Positions 26,592 to 37,831 of a DNA stretch of 64,000 nt are shown piece after piece. Origin of the DNA: an uncultured virus (IMG/VR IMGVR_UViG_3300016371_000006). Taxonomy: Duplodnaviria; Heunggongvirae; Uroviricota; Caudoviricetes. The notes below the pieces were generated by a model that saw only the letters and a program-made list of their open reading frames with translations, had not been told where the DNA came from and ran no database searches. Within the stretch, counting starts at the first letter, position 1; each line of letters starts with the position of its first letter. Position numbers and translations under genes: made by a program. The DNA is taken from IMG/VR virus record IMGVR_UViG_3300016371_000006, one strand, 5' to 3'.

Positions 26592-26888
26592 TCAGCACCG
26601 CTCCCCCGACTCGCGCGGGCCCAGTGTCGGAGGGCTGATGAGGCTGCCCTCTTTCCACATCTGCAGCGCGCGGTGCGCCGCGGTCCCACCCCGGCGCGCC
26701 TGGTCCAGCTCGAAGCGCGCCACGTCGATGTCGCGACCGAACAGGGCCCATGCCTCGGCCTCGGCGCTCGGCAGCTCCGGCGGTGGACCGCCCTTGACCT
26801 TGAGCTCGCGTATCACCAGGACGGACGCGGCCGCGATGTCCATCAGGTCGGAGACCGGCGTGTCTAGCTTCTTGAATATCCGTCGCAT
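26592..26888 (-). CDS. Hypothetical protein
   Basis: 98 aa after an AAGGAG RBS. Confidence 0.5.
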   Translation of the reverse strand: MRRIFKKLDTPVSDLMDIAAASVLVIRELKVKGGPPPELPSAEAEAWALFGRDIDVARFELDQARRGGTAAHRALQMWKEGSLISPPTLGPRESGERC

Positions 26889-27703
26889 TCAGCAACTCCT
26901 TTCAGCGGTTCTGCAGGTCGCGGAACACCCGGTACGGGAACGTCGGGTTGTTCAGCCGCGGGTTGTTGCGTAGCAGATCCTCGGGGATCTGACTCGGCGG
27001 CACGCCGGCGTCGTACATCCCGCCCACCAGGGCCGGGTCCGGGTCGGGCGCGTCGTCGGCCCGGGCCGTGGGCAGGTGTCCACCGATGGACACCCCCAGC
27101 ATGATCGCTGTGCAGGCTATCAGGATTCTCATGGTTCTTTCCTTTCGTGGGAGGGTATTAACTTTTCCTCGATGGCCGCGTTGACCGCGACCCACCAGGC
27201 TTCGGGATGCTCGGTGCCCAGGTGCTGCACCATGTCGTAGTTGTCGCCGTCGGCCGCGAAGCCGCACAGCTTGCAGATGACGATCATCGGTGCGTCCACA
27301 GGATGACGACGATCCCCAGCAGGGTGATGAACGTGGCGGTCTGCGCGATCAGCAATCCCACGATGGTCGATTTCAGCCTGTCGGTGGCGATCACCAGGTT
27401 GCGCAGCGCCTCGACGATTTCGGCGCGCTGGTTGGTGCCGGTGAGATCCATTCCGCCGGCCAGATCGCGGCGTCTGATGTTGTCGTCAGACACGGCTGAC
27501 CACCAGCTCCGTCGGCCCGAACGTCATCGACATCCGCCGACCGGCCCGGTCCTCGAACTCCACGACGATGCGGGTGATGCCGGGGACCTCCTCGATGAAG
27601 CCGTCGACCGTGCCGCGCCAGCCGTGGCTGTTGCGGTTCTTGGCGTTGATGATGACCCGATCGCCGATCGTCCAGCCGGCCGCGCTTAAGCCGTCGCTGC
27701 CCA

Positions 27704-28096
27704 TCAGAGCTCCTCGGGTGGCAGGTCGGCGATCGCCTCGTTGCCGAGCTGGGTGTCGAAGCCGAGCCGTTCGATGAGGTCCCACACCGCCTGCACGACG
27801 CGCGACATCACCTTGTCGCGCTGGGGTTCGTCGACGAGATAGCCTCCGCGCCGGTCGTTTTCACTCTCGAAGCGGGTGGTGTAGACGCCGTAGACCAGAT
27901 AGCGTGGCGCTCTGGCGAACACCCGTTCCTCCTGGCGGATCTTGATGATCCATTCCCGGTTGGCCTGAAACGGGTGCGGGCGGTCGTCACAGTCGTCGGC
28001 GGACGCGACGATCGGCCAGCTCTCCTCGTCGATCTTGACCGGCGGCCGGTCGAACAGAGTGATGTAGCGGGTGGTGTCTTTGCTCTTGGTGGTCAT
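27704..28096 (-). CDS. Hypothetical protein
   Basis: RPPVKIDEESWPIVASA...IADLPPEEL; RBS AGGAGA. Confidence 0.65.
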   Translation of the reverse strand: MTTKSKDTTRYITLFDRPPVKIDEESWPIVASADDCDDRPHPFQANREWIIKIRQEERVFARAPRYLVYGVYTTRFESENDRRGGYLVDEPQRDKVMSRVVQAVWDLIERLGFDTQLGNEAIADLPPEEL

Positions 28097-29209
28097 GGTT
28101 TCTCCTGGTTAGTGGTGGGTGGGGCGGAGTGTCCGTTGGTGGACACCCATCAGAAGTAGGTGTTCATTCCTCCTCCTCCTCATCGTGGTGGTGCCCGTCC
28201 TCATCGACCGTGTCGCCGCAGCCGACACAGTGCTCGTGGTGCTCGTCGGCGCGCCCGGCCGCGTAGGTGAGCAGGCCGGCCAGATCGCGTGCTTCGCGCG
28301 GTGTGAGCGACACCAGGAACGGCAGCGCCTCCTCGCCTTTCTCGGTGAGCTCTTTGGCCACCTCGTCGGGAGGCCAGACCGGCACGTCGACCCGGCCCTC
28401 ATGGATGTAGACGCCGATCTGCTCGTCGGTGAGCGCCAGGAAACTGCCGATCCGCGTGGGCTTCTCGTCGAACTGCCGCTCGAACGGCAGCATCTTGTCG
28501 TCGCTCATGAGATGACCTCGAAGCGGTCGCCGGGCAACAGGTTCAGGGTGGACCCGTTGTCCCACTTGACGCTGATCTGCCTGGTCAGCTCGCTGGTCCA
28601 CGCGCCGACCCAGTTGACCTCACCCTCGGTGCCTATCGGCACGTCCTCGACCGGAATGAACTGGTTGCCGGGGTTGGTCATGAAGCCGGTCAGCCGGATG
28701 CGGTCACCGACCTTGCACGGTGGGATCATGATCCGTCCTCCAAGCCAGCCAGCCAGTCCAGCCTGTGCAGGAACTCGTCCCACCCCTTGTCGGAGGCTCC
28801 GTGAGGCCGGCCCGCCTCCTCCCACAGCTCATGCTCGGGCTGCCACTTATGCGGCTTCTCGAAGTAGTCGAGCACATCGCGGGCGATGTCGAGCTGATTG
28901 GTGTCAACCAGGACGTGGCCGAACACCACGACCTCGGCGAGGTCTTGGGTCCATTCGCTCATGATTCCCACTCCACCGTGGCGTCTTCGCTGGTGACCCG
29001 CACCAGCTCGCCCTGGTCGTAGTACACGGTCGGTGCGACGGGCACCGCCTCCGTGGTGGGCGGGATGAGCATGGAGTAGGGCACGCGCAGCTGCTTGGGC
29101 CTGCCCTCCTGACTCAGCACGGCGTTGACCGGGCCGCGGGCGTTGACCACCTTCCAGATGCCGGGGTAATCGGGGTGGTCGACGCTGACCTTGTCGCCTT
29201 CGTTGGGTC

Positions 29210-29566
29210 TCATACCAATCCGCTCCTTTCGGGAGTAACCATGCCCTTGTTCTTGAGCAGCCACGCACGTACCGTGCCGCCCTCGTTGACGTACCGGCGC
29301 CAGCGCAGCAGCTCGCTCATGGCGTCGGCGTAGAGCCCGTAGATGCCGACCAGCGTCCAGACGCGCTCGTCGATGGCATAAATCTGATGTCGCGTGCGCA
29401 GCTTGTGCGTGACGCGGATGATGGTGATGGCAGTCTCCCGTACCAGCGTGGTGAAAAGAGCTCGCGACTCCACCCGCTCGCCCTTGAACTGGATGCGCAG
29501 GTGGTCGCCGAGGCTGGCGGGCTCGTCGAGCTCGGAGCCGTCGAAATAGATAATCTCGCTCATCAA
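29210..29566 (-). CDS. Hypothetical protein
   Basis: 118 aa after CCCACGAAGGA. Confidence 0.55.
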   Translation of the reverse strand: MMSEIIYFDGSELDEPASLGDHLRIQFKGERVESRALFTTLVRETAITIIRVTHKLRTRHQIYAIDERVWTLVGIYGLYADAMSELLRWRRYVNEGGTVRAWLLKNKGMVTPERSGLV

Positions 29567-29722
29567 AACTTCCTTCGTGGGTTGGTTAAACGTATCAACA
29601 GCGTGCTGTTTATGTCATCCGGGCAGGCCGGCATGTATGCTTTTCAGCGGGCGTCCATGAGAAGCCTCCTTTCCTTCGTGGGATTGGTGAGCGGCCCCGG
29701 TGCAAACCGGGGCCGACTCTTT

Positions 29723-30814
29723 TTATGCCGGGATCTTTATCGGCATGATCAGGTGGAACTCGGCATCCGAGAGCGCCCGCAGCACCACCGGCTTGTGCGG
29801 GGTGGTCGCCTCCAGGGTGCAGACCGCCGAGCTGCCCTTCAGGCACGCGCGCAGGTTGGCCGCTTTCAGCCGCACCGTGAACGGCACCTCGTCGGCGCGT
29901 TGGGTGCCGACCAGGCGCACCTGCTGTTCGACCTGCACGTCACCGTCGCGGTCGGCGTCGACCACGCGCATGGTGGCCTCGCCGGTGATGGTGAGGGTGA
30001 CGTCGTGGTCGTCGGCCCCGATCGCGGGGAGCAGGTCGTCACGGCGCAGCACCACGCGCACCGTCGCCGCCTCCGGGTCGGGGACGAGCTGGCGCCACTT
30101 GGGGAACTCGCCGTCGAGCACCCGGGCGATGATGCTGCGCTGCCCGCTGTGGACGTGCACCATGCCGCCCTCGGCGCCGTCGGCGCCGAGCTTGCCGCTC
30201 TCAATGGTGACGAACTCCTCGCCGCGGGTGAATGTCCGCAGCGCGGTGGCGGGTATCAGCGCGGCCATCGGCTTGCCGCACCCGGTGTAGTTGACGCGGG
30301 TCAGCCGAATCCGGTTGGTGGAGACCATGACCCGGTCCTCGAAGCGCACCCCGGTCAGGTTCGGCAGGCCGGGATCCTCGCCGACCGACGTCAGCCCGCG
30401 AGCCACCTCCTCGGTGGACAGGATCGCGGCGCCGGTGTCGCCCTCGACGAACACCGGCCACTGCGGATAGTCGTCGAGGTTGGCCGAGCTGCGCAGCGTG
30501 GTCGTGCGCCCGCCGACGGTGACGGTCAGCCCGGTGTCGGTGATGTCGATGTCGACGTCGCCGCGCTCGCCCTTGAGCACGGACGCCAACTTGACCGGGT
30601 CGACCAGCACGCTGGCCTGCCCGCCGCCGTCGACGTAGACCGACGTCTGCGCCCACAGCTCGAAGTCGGCACGCCGCAGCTGCAGCGCGCCCACCAGGGC
30701 GCTGATATGCACCGCCGACAGCGCCGGCGTGTACTGCTTGGCCCGCATGGCGCGGGTGATCCAGGCCAGCTCCTGCGATAGCTCGCGGGCGTCGACCGTG
30801 AGGGTCTTACTCAT
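29723..30814 (-). CDS. dnaN: DNA polymerase III beta sliding clamp-like protein
   Basis: 364 aa; PALSAVHI, LTGVRF...STNRIRL, ARVLDGEFPKWRQLVP, HLIMPIK. Confidence 0.8.
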   Translation of the reverse strand: MSKTLTVDARELSQELAWITRAMRAKQYTPALSAVHISALVGALQLRRADFELWAQTSVYVDGGGQASVLVDPVKLASVLKGERGDVDIDITDTGLTVTVGGRTTTLRSSANLDDYPQWPVFVEGDTGAAILSTEEVARGLTSVGEDPGLPNLTGVRFEDRVMVSTNRIRLTRVNYTGCGKPMAALIPATALRTFTRGEEFVTIESGKLGADGAEGGMVHVHSGQRSIIARVLDGEFPKWRQLVPDPEAATVRVVLRRDDLLPAIGADDHDVTLTITGEATMRVVDADRDGDVQVEQQVRLVGTQRADEVPFTVRLKAANLRACLKGSSAVCTLEATTPHKPVVLRALSDAEFHLIMPIKIPA

Positions 30815-30878
30815 GGTTGTTCTCCTTCGTGGGATTGGAGGTGTCCATTCCGCGGACACCGCTTACTTGCCGCTGTGA

Positions 30879-31274
30879 TCACAGATCCAACTGACGCCCC
30901 GCACTGGCGCGCTTGGCGATCGGAGCCGCGCCCCCGAGATCGAGGAACGCGGTGCGCGCGCTTCTCAGCATCGCCACCACAGAGGCGTCGAGCTCGACCT
31001 GCGCCTCGGCCGCCACCTTCGCCAGCCGGGCGAGGATGTCGGTGAGGTGGCGGCACTTGCGCCGACCCTGGGCGTCGACGTGCATCGTCCAGCCGCGGCA
31101 CGAGCAGCACCAGACGTCGTCACGGCTGCGCTGGCTCACCAGATGGAACGACGCCGACGACGTGGACTTCACCTTGAAACGGTTGTAGTACTGCTCGGTG
31201 TCGGGCTCCAGGCTCGAGCCGATCTGGCGGGCGATCTCGGCCACCTGCTCGCGCGGCGTTCTGGTGTGCGTCAT
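30879..31274 (-). CDS. SWIM zinc-finger protein
   Basis: WCCSCRGW...KCRHL. Confidence 0.75.
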   Translation of the reverse strand: MTHTRTPREQVAEIARQIGSSLEPDTEQYYNRFKVKSTSSASFHLVSQRSRDDVWCCSCRGWTMHVDAQGRRKCRHLTDILARLAKVAAEAQVELDASVVAMLRSARTAFLDLGGAAPIAKRASAGRQLDL

Positions 31275-31419
31275 GATCGCACCCCCCTTTCGTTGCACCA
31301 GGTTTCGATGCCCCGTAGGGTGCGGGCGATGTCGATCAGCACCAGTACCTGGGCACCCTGTGGCGCGTTGCCGTAGCCGTTTCGGATGATGCGTGCGGCC
31401 TCGTCGAGAATGTCGTCCA

Positions 31420-32061
31420 TCATTTCTCCTTTCGTGGGGTTTTCTTTTTGGCGCCCTGCATTTTCTTGATCGCCTCGGCCCGACGTTCCTTGTAGGCCCG
31501 TGCGCCCGCACGGATCGCCATGTCAGGGTCCTCGTCGGCCGCCGCGAGCATCTCCGGCGGCAGCACCGCGGCCATCCGCAGCCCGGCGAACATCGCGTCA
31601 CCGAAGCGCCCGCCGCCCTGTGCGCTGATGTCCAGCTGCTCCCACTCGTCCAGGTAGACCCGGCCGTCGCGGCGGTGGATCAAGGCCGTGTAGCACGCGC
31701 CGCCGTCGCTGGTGGCGTGCTCCATCATCACCGCCTCGAACCGATCGGGATGCTCACTGGGCCGCACCAGGTCGACGTTGAGTACGCCGGGCTTCTGGTC
31801 CCTGGGATAGGCGACCATCCAGCTAGCGCTGGCGAACACCGCCTCGACCGCCTGGTGCGCCACGATCATCCCGAACATGATCGCGGCGAGGTCATCCTTG
31901 TTGTCGTCCTCCATCCCGTGCATCCCGAGATAGCCCTCCTGACCATCGCGACGGCGCACAGTCATGAAGGGCATAAAGTCCTTCTCGCCCCGCAGGTCCT
32001 TGACCAGCTCCTCGACGTGATGGCGGGCGTGCTCGAGCAGGCTCAGTGTGGTGTCGTTCAT
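31420..32061 (-). CDS. Hypothetical protein
   Basis: 213 aa; RPSEHPDRFEAV. Confidence 0.6.
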   Translation of the reverse strand: MNDTTLSLLEHARHHVEELVKDLRGEKDFMPFMTVRRRDGQEGYLGMHGMEDDNKDDLAAIMFGMIVAHQAVEAVFASASWMVAYPRDQKPGVLNVDLVRPSEHPDRFEAVMMEHATSDGGACYTALIHRRDGRVYLDEWEQLDISAQGGGRFGDAMFAGLRMAAVLPPEMLAAADEDPDMAIRAGARAYKERRAEAIKKMQGAKKKTPRKEK

Positions 32062-32726
32062 GCGGTGTCCTCCTGGGGTGGGCAGTCCTCGCAGCGCGCA
32101 CCTTGCTGTTTGTTGTATCGGATCAACTGGCCGCGCTTGAGCTCCGCGCCGCAGTCCGCGCAGGTGCCGTTGTACTTCGCGACGATGACACGGTCAGGCA
32201 CACCGTGGATCTTCTCGCGCTGCAGGCGCACCAGCCGCTCCCGGCAGCGGGCGATGTTGCCGGTGATGTTCTGCATGAACGGATACGGCACCGCGTGGTG
32301 ACGGTCGTACCTGTCCATCGCTGCCAGTTCCGCCTTGTGCTCCTTGCGGTAGTCGGCATTTGCTTTCTTCCGCCGCTCCCGTTCGGCCTCCAGCTTGACG
32401 ATCTTCTCCGACAGCTTTTCGATGGCGTCGGGGTCGTCGTCGTAGATCGCGCCCGCGGCCTGGGCCTCGATCTCATCGGCCCGCCGCGCCTGCTCGTCGG
32501 CCTTGGCCGAAAGCTCGCGCGCCTTCTCCCAGTTCGAGTCGATGCGGGCCAGGTCCTTGCGGTGCCGGCGCTCCGAGTGGTGCCCGACCAGGATCGGCTG
32601 CCCGAGCGGGATGTGGCTGGCCATCTCGTCGGCCGCCTCGTCGCGCGCCTCGGACTTGGCCTGATTGCCTTCCGACCATTCGCGCAGCCGTTCGGCCCGG
32701 CGCAGTCGTCGTTCTCGGTATGTCAT
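32058..32726 (-). CDS. DUF3560-like protein
   Basis: IPLGQPILVGHHSERRHRK, DDPDAIEKL..KI..LE. Confidence 0.8.
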   Translation of the reverse strand: MTYRERRLRRAERLREWSEGNQAKSEARDEAADEMASHIPLGQPILVGHHSERRHRKDLARIDSNWEKARELSAKADEQARRADEIEAQAAGAIYDDDPDAIEKLSEKIVKLEAERERRKKANADYRKEHKAELAAMDRYDRHHAVPYPFMQNITGNIARCRERLVRLQREKIHGVPDRVIVAKYNGTCADCGAELKRGQLIRYNKQQGARCEDCPPQEDTA

Positions 32727-33136
32727 GGTGCTACTCCTTTTCTTCGTGGGTTGTGGTGTCCATTCCGTGGACACCGGTTTAGGTTGTCTCCCAAACGTAT
32801 TGGACGATGCGAGAGCGCAGCGTCGCGTTCTCGCGCTCCAGTTCCTGTATCCGTTCCAGGTCGGAGATCGGGCTGGGGGCACCTGTCGCACCGCCCATTC
32901 CAGGATTGCCGGGGCTGCCGACACCGCCGATCACGAGTTGACCGTCACGACGACATCGGCGGGGATCACATCGTGCAGAATCCAGGTGACCTCGGTGACC
33001 TCGAACGGAACCGGGGTCCCGTCCGGCGCAGAGAACTCGACGGCGTCACCGACGCGCGGCACCACCGGCATCTCGTGGTCCTGCTCCGGGCCGAACCCCT
33101 CCGGGCCGACCGGCAGGAAACGAACCTTGACCATGT

Positions 33137-34060
33137 TTAGCTCTCCCATCTCACGTCGCCGGGTTTCTTATCGGTGCGCAACCCGCGCCAGCTGGGCTGG
33201 CGCAGGATGCCGCGGGCGGTTTTCTCTCCGTACTGGACCTCGCCCACCCACTTCGGGTAGACGAACACCGCGTTCTGGCGCTCGGCGGTGGGCAGCACGT
33301 TGAACGGGCAGATGTGGGTGCTGATCCCGGTCAGCCCGTCGAGCAACCGGTCGAGCGCCTTGTTGGTGAACCCGGTGCCCACGGCCCCGCAGAAGTCCAG
33401 GCCGTCGCCGCGGGGGATGCCCATGAGCAGCGCCCCGACGCGGCCCTCCCGGCTGCCGGTGCCCCAGCGCCAGCCGCCGATCACGACCTCCTGCATCAGC
33501 CAGTTCTTGCCCTTGAGCCACGACGACCCGCGGTAGCCGGGGATGTAGGCGGAGTTCAGCCGCTTGGCCACGATCCCCTCCCAGCCCATCCGGCGACTGT
33601 AGGCCAGCGCGGCCTCACCGTCGGCGGCTTCGATCAGGTCGGGCACCGTCAGCCCGACCGCCTCGCCCAGCTTCTCCAGCAGCTGACGCCGGGCCTTGTA
33701 CGGCGCGGCCATCACCGCGGTGTCGTTGATCCACAGCAGGTCGAACGCCCAGTAGTCCACCGTGTCGGCCCGGCGGTGGTTCTGCACCAGGTTGAACCGG
33801 GGCACACCGGACGGGTCGCAGACCACCACCTCGCCGTCGAGCACGACGTGGTAGTCGGCGAACGCCTTGCCCAGCCATCCCAGGGTGGGGAACTCACCGG
33901 TCACGTCGCGCTGGCTGCGCGAGTAGATGGTCAGGTCGCCGTGGTCGATCTCGACCAGGCCCCTGAATCCATCCCACTTCGGCTCGAACGCCCAGTCCTG
34001 GCCCGCCAGCCCGGAAACCGGGCTGGCGTCGGCGAGCATGGGCTGGATCGGCAGCATCAC
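33137..34060 (-). CDS. ATP-dependent DNA ligase (LigD ligase-domain type)
   Basis: QPMLA, EPKWDGFR, LDGEVV, FDLL, EGIVAKR, WLKGK, VGTGF, LRQPSWRGLRTDK. Confidence 0.92.
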   Translation of the reverse strand: MMLPIQPMLADASPVSGLAGQDWAFEPKWDGFRGLVEIDHGDLTIYSRSQRDVTGEFPTLGWLGKAFADYHVVLDGEVVVCDPSGVPRFNLVQNHRRADTVDYWAFDLLWINDTAVMAAPYKARRQLLEKLGEAVGLTVPDLIEAADGEAALAYSRRMGWEGIVAKRLNSAYIPGYRGSSWLKGKNWLMQEVVIGGWRWGTGSREGRVGALLMGIPRGDGLDFCGAVGTGFTNKALDRLLDGLTGISTHICPFNVLPTAERQNAVFVYPKWVGEVQYGEKTARGILRQPSWRGLRTDKKPGDVRWES

Positions 34061-34962
34061 GCCACCACCTTCTTGGGCGCCGCCTTCTTGGCCGGAGCCT
34101 TCTTGGCCGGAGGCTTGGCCGGTGCATCGTCCTTCGGCTTGACGCTGGCCTGCAGCTGGGCGAGCAGCGCGTCCATGTCGTCGGTCACCGTCTTGGGTTC
34201 CACCGTGGCCGGCTCGATCGCCTTGCCGCCCGCCTTGGCCTCGATCGCCGCGGTCAGCTTCTCCTGGTAGGTGTCGTGCAGCGCGTCGGGGTCCCAGTCC
34301 TCGATCATCGACTCGGCCACCATCCGCATCGTCGGCAGCAGTCGCGGGTCGACCTCGATTTCGCGGGCTTTGTCCAGCGTCGGGAACTCCGGCGTCCGCA
34401 GCTCGTCGGGCCACATCATGTTCTGGATCATCAGGATGTCGCCGTTCGCACGGTGCACCACCCGGAGCAGCGCGGTGCGGGTCTTGCCCCACTTGGTGTA
34501 CTCCACCTCCCCGACCAGCTCCTTCTCGTTGAGCACCTGCATGATCGTCATGTACTTCTGCGCGGCCAGCTTGCCGCCCCGCTTGGGGTCCATGTCGGGG
34601 GTGATGTAGTAGCAGTTCTCCCCGGAGAAATACAGCGGGTCGACCTGCTTCTCCTTGACGAACTTCTTGATCTCGATGTCGACGCCGGAATTGGCCGCGA
34701 TCACCTTGCGCTCGTCCTCGGTGATGACGACGATCTCGCCCTCGTGCGGGTAGCCGGTCACGCAGTCGGCGTCCTTGAGGTCGGCGGCCCCGCAGCCCTG
34801 GCAGATTTTGGGCTGCTTGATCGGCGCGTAGCTGCCGTCGTTCTCGTGGTGGTGGAACCGGCTGCCCTTGCGGTCGTGGTCGTCGACAGCGGTCATGAAC
34901 TGCACCGCGGCCGACACCATCCCCATGTTGAGGTTGTGGTTGCCGATACTTTTGGGACTCAT
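34057..34962 (-). CDS. ku: Ku-like DNA end-binding protein
   Basis: NLNMGMVSAAVQF, IEIKKFV...VDPLYF...YYITP, MMWPDELRTP, DTYQEKLTAAIEAK, DLLAQLQASV-like segment, Lys/Ala/Pro tail. Confidence 0.88.
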   Translation of the reverse strand: MSPKSIGNHNLNMGMVSAAVQFMTAVDDHDRKGSRFHHHENDGSYAPIKQPKICQGCGAADLKDADCVTGYPHEGEIVVITEDERKVIAANSGVDIEIKKFVKEKQVDPLYFSGENCYYITPDMDPKRGGKLAAQKYMTIMQVLNEKELVGEVEYTKWGKTRTALLRVVHRANGDILMIQNMMWPDELRTPEFPTLDKAREIEVDPRLLPTMRMVAESMIEDWDPDALHDTYQEKLTAAIEAKAGGKAIEPATVEPKTVTDDMDALLAQLQASVKPKDDAPAKPPAKKAPAKKAAPKKVVA

Positions 34963-35201
34963 GATTTTCTCCTTGGGTTCTTCGTGGGTGTTGTTGGTTT
35001 CTTGCCAGAGTGTCCATCGGGTGGACACCCCTTGGCACCGGGTGCCAAGTCTTGGGTACGGCTGACCAGTAGCAGGTCGAGCACGTTGATCAGCACGTCG
35101 ACCAGCTCGGCGTCGACGCTGATTCTCGGGATAGGTCTGGGGTCTGGGCGGTTCGGGCTCGGCCGATTTCCCCCCTCGGGCCACCACGCGCAGGTGGCGG
35201 G

Positions 35202-35525
35202 TCATGTGATCCTCCGGCAGGCGTCGCACTCCCAGCCGCGCTCCTGGCGGGTGCAGGTGTGCCGTTCCTGGCACAGCCAGCAGAGCTGGTTGCGCTTGGC
35301 TTCGAGTCCCTGCGCGATGCGCAGCTCACGCTGGGCGGCGTAGGCGTCGCGCACATAGGCGTCGCGCTCGGCGATCTGGTCCTCGGTCAGCGGAGCGCCC
35401 GGACGTATCTGGATCAGGGAGTCGCCCCCGAACGCCGCCAGGCAGTCAGCGCACGGGTGCCCGATCTGCTCGACCAGGTTCTTACAGCCCGGCAGCGTGC
35501 ACTCGGGGAACAGCGTGAGGGTCAT
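35202..35525 (-). CDS. Cys-rich hypothetical protein
   Basis: CTLPGC...CADC...CWLCQERHTC...WECDAC. Confidence 0.65.
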   Translation of the reverse strand: MTLTLFPECTLPGCKNLVEQIGHPCADCLAAFGGDSLIQIRPGAPLTEDQIAERDAYVRDAYAAQRELRIAQGLEAKRNQLCWLCQERHTCTRQERGWECDACRRIT

Positions 35526-36107
35526 GGCTTCCTCTTTCCTTCGTGGGATTCGTGGGTTGGAGTGTCCGTGCGGTGGACACCTACTGCTGGTCGGCTCGCT
35601 GCTTACGCCGGCGCTCGCGCTGGTACTCGCGCGCCCACCGGCTGCACTCCGGGCAGCCGCACCGGTACAGGGTGTAGCCGACGCCGGTGCCGTGCTTGTC
35701 GGGCGGGCACTCCGTGTTGTGCGTGCGCCGGTTCGACTCCTGCGTCTTGCGGTGCTTGCGGGCGCGGCGGCACTCGGGCGCGCCGCAGGTCACCCGCGGC
35801 CGCCGCCCGGGCGCGGTGGGGTCGTCCTCGTACTCCTTGCCGCACACTGTGCAGATCAACGTTTCCATCACGGCTCCTTTCGTTGGTGGGAACCCACCGC
35901 GGGCGCGAGAGAGAGGCACGCCCGCGGTGGGTGGCTTGTTACGCGGCTTGTCGCCGCTGCATCATGAGCAGCTTCATCCGCTCGATGGGCGTCATTCGGG
36001 TCAACGCCTGCTGGTAGGTTTGCCACAGCTTGAAGGTCAGCTCGGTATGCTTATCCATCCGTGTAATTCCTTTCGTGGGATTTGGCATTTCTCAACTTCT
36101 AACTACT

Positions 36108-36136
36108 ATTCTACCAGATTTTGCACCTTATGTCAA
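36108..36136 (-). promoter_or_regulatory. Conserved early promoter TTGACA-17-TAGAAT
   Basis: Near-identical copies at 43228-43256, 46981-47009, 48137-48165 and 48548-48576; variants at 49532-49560, 49941-49968 and 51142-51171. Confidence 0.85.
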
Positions 36137-36175
36137 ATGGAACAAAACCTGACAGAGATACCAGCTGGGCAGCGA

Positions 36176-37831
36176 CTACTGCTCCTTGAGGTAGGCGTCA
36201 TACACCTTGTCGGCCTTCTTCTTGCCGGTCATCACCAGCTCGATGTCGGCCGGCTCGTAGCCGTTGGCCACCAGGAACTCCAGGTAGGGCTTGGAGACGC
36301 GGTCCTGCGACCACTTGTCCTTGCGCCAGGCGTCCTTGGGCGTGCGGGATTCGAACGCGCCCAGCACCAGGCCCAGCGTGATCACCTGCGCGCGGGCGTC
36401 CCCGCCCTCGGGCAGGTCGGCGACCAGCTTGGCGACGCCGCGAGTCACCTTGCCGATCTGGTACTGGTAGCCCGACCCCTCGACGTGCTCGGCGCCGAGC
36501 AGCTCCGCGGTGACCTCGTCGGCCTTGTAGTCCGACAGCAGGTGCGGGTCGCCCGACAGGGAGGCGGCGACGAAGATGGCCGCGCCCTTGGGCGGCGTCT
36601 TGCGCGACAGCAGGCTCTTGACGAACTGCCGGCGCACGTTCAGCGCCGCCTCGCCCAGCTTGTTGAGCGCGAGCACCTTGCGCCGCTCCCGCTTCTCGGC
36701 CTCGGCCTTGTCGTCGACGTAGACCGGCCCGATGTCGTCGGTCCGGTCGACCGTGCCGGTCGAATCGGAATTTCCCCCCTCGGGGAAACCCTGCGCGGCC
36801 TGTCCGGAGAACTTCGCGAACCGCTCGTTGACGGTCAGCCCGGCACCGGCGACGTCGAGGCAGTAGTAGAACTCCGGCACGAACGCCTCGGTTTCGTTCA
36901 CCTGGTCGGCGTGCAGCTTGCCTTCCTCCGGCGTGGCGTCCGGGTCGTCCTGGGTGTCCCAGTCCACCTGATCCTCGCCGACCTCCTCGCCGGTGTCGGC
37001 GTTGGTGAGCATGGTCTCCTCCCACAGCAGCACCGCCCAGTGCTTGGGGTCGACGATGTCGGCCTCGGTGAGTTCCCTGCCGTCCTTGAGCAGGAAACCC
37101 CACTCCACGCAGTCGGGGTCCCACGTCCACGTCGGGCGCTCGTCGAGCACGGTGAAGCCCTTGTCGCGCCACTGCTGCTCGGCCTCGCGCAGCGCCTTGG
37201 CGTCGTCGCGTTCGCCGCGCAGCTGCTCCACGGTGTACTCGAAGTTGCGCGTGCCCGCGGTGCGCAGCAGGCGCTCCGTCGCGCCCTCGTCGCCCTCGAA
37301 CTCGGCGAGCACCGCGGCCTCGGTCAGCGTCAGCTGCCCCTGGGCCAGGGCGTCGATCGCGGCCGGGGAAGCGGCCACCGCCTGGGAGTCGGCCACCCGC
37401 TGCTTGCTCACCGACAGCGACTTGGCGACCTTGGTGGGCGAGAGCCCGACGTCGAGCAACTGCTGGATGCCGTGCACCCGCTGCACCTGGGTGAGCGTGG
37501 AGCGGTGGTCGTTTTCCACCAGCTGCTCGATGGTGCGCCGGGTGGTGTCCTCCCAGCCCTCGCCGATGACGTAGACCGGGATGGTTGGCAGGCCGGCCTC
37601 GCGTGCGGCCAGCGTGCGCCGCTGCCCGGTGCGTACCCGCACTGACCCGTCCTGGGTGCGAACCGCGGTGATCGGCACCAGTACCCCGTTCTCCTTGATG
37701 CTGGCGATGAACTGCTTGGTCAGCGCCGGATCGTCACGGACGTTGCCGTCGGTTTCCAGCGCGTTCGGATCCAGGTGCTCGAGCGTTCCCTGTCCGAACT
37801 CGGTCTGTTCTGCGTTACTCATGTGATCCAT
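36176..37831 (-). CDS. ParB-like protein (long, plasmid/ICE type)
   Basis: NVR...SIKENGVLVPI...VRTGQRRTLAA...QLVENDHRSTL followed by an HTH. Confidence 0.85.
   Translation of the reverse strand: MDHMSNAEQTEFGQGTLEHLDPNALETDGNVRDDPALTKQFIASIKENGVLVPITAVRTQDGSVRVRTGQRRTLAAREAGLPTIPVYVIGEGWEDTTRRTIEQLVENDHRSTLTQVQRVHGIQQLLDVGLSPTKVAKSLSVSKQRVADSQAVAASPAAIDALAQGQLTLTEAAVLAEFEGDEGATERLLRTAGTRNFEYTVEQLRGERDDAKALREAEQQWRDKGFTVLDERPTWTWDPDCVEWGFLLKDGRELTEADIVDPKHWAVLLWEETMLTNADTGEEVGEDQVDWDTQDDPDATPEEGKLHADQVNETEAFVPEFYYCLDVAGAGLTVNERFAKFSGQAAQGFPEGGNSDSTGTVDRTDDIGPVYVDDKAEAEKRERRKVLALNKLGEAALNVRRQFVKSLLSRKTPPKGAAIFVAASLSGDPHLLSDYKADEVTAELLGAEHVEGSGYQYQIGKVTRGVAKLVADLPEGGDARAQVITLGLVLGAFESRTPKDAWRKDKWSQDRVSKPYLEFLVANGYEPADIELVMTGKKKADKVYDAYLKEQ

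Noticed and set aside
33137..35038. 633-aa ORF as a single protein
   Set aside because: Its N-terminal half is an off-frame read of the ku gene; the ligase starts at about 34060.
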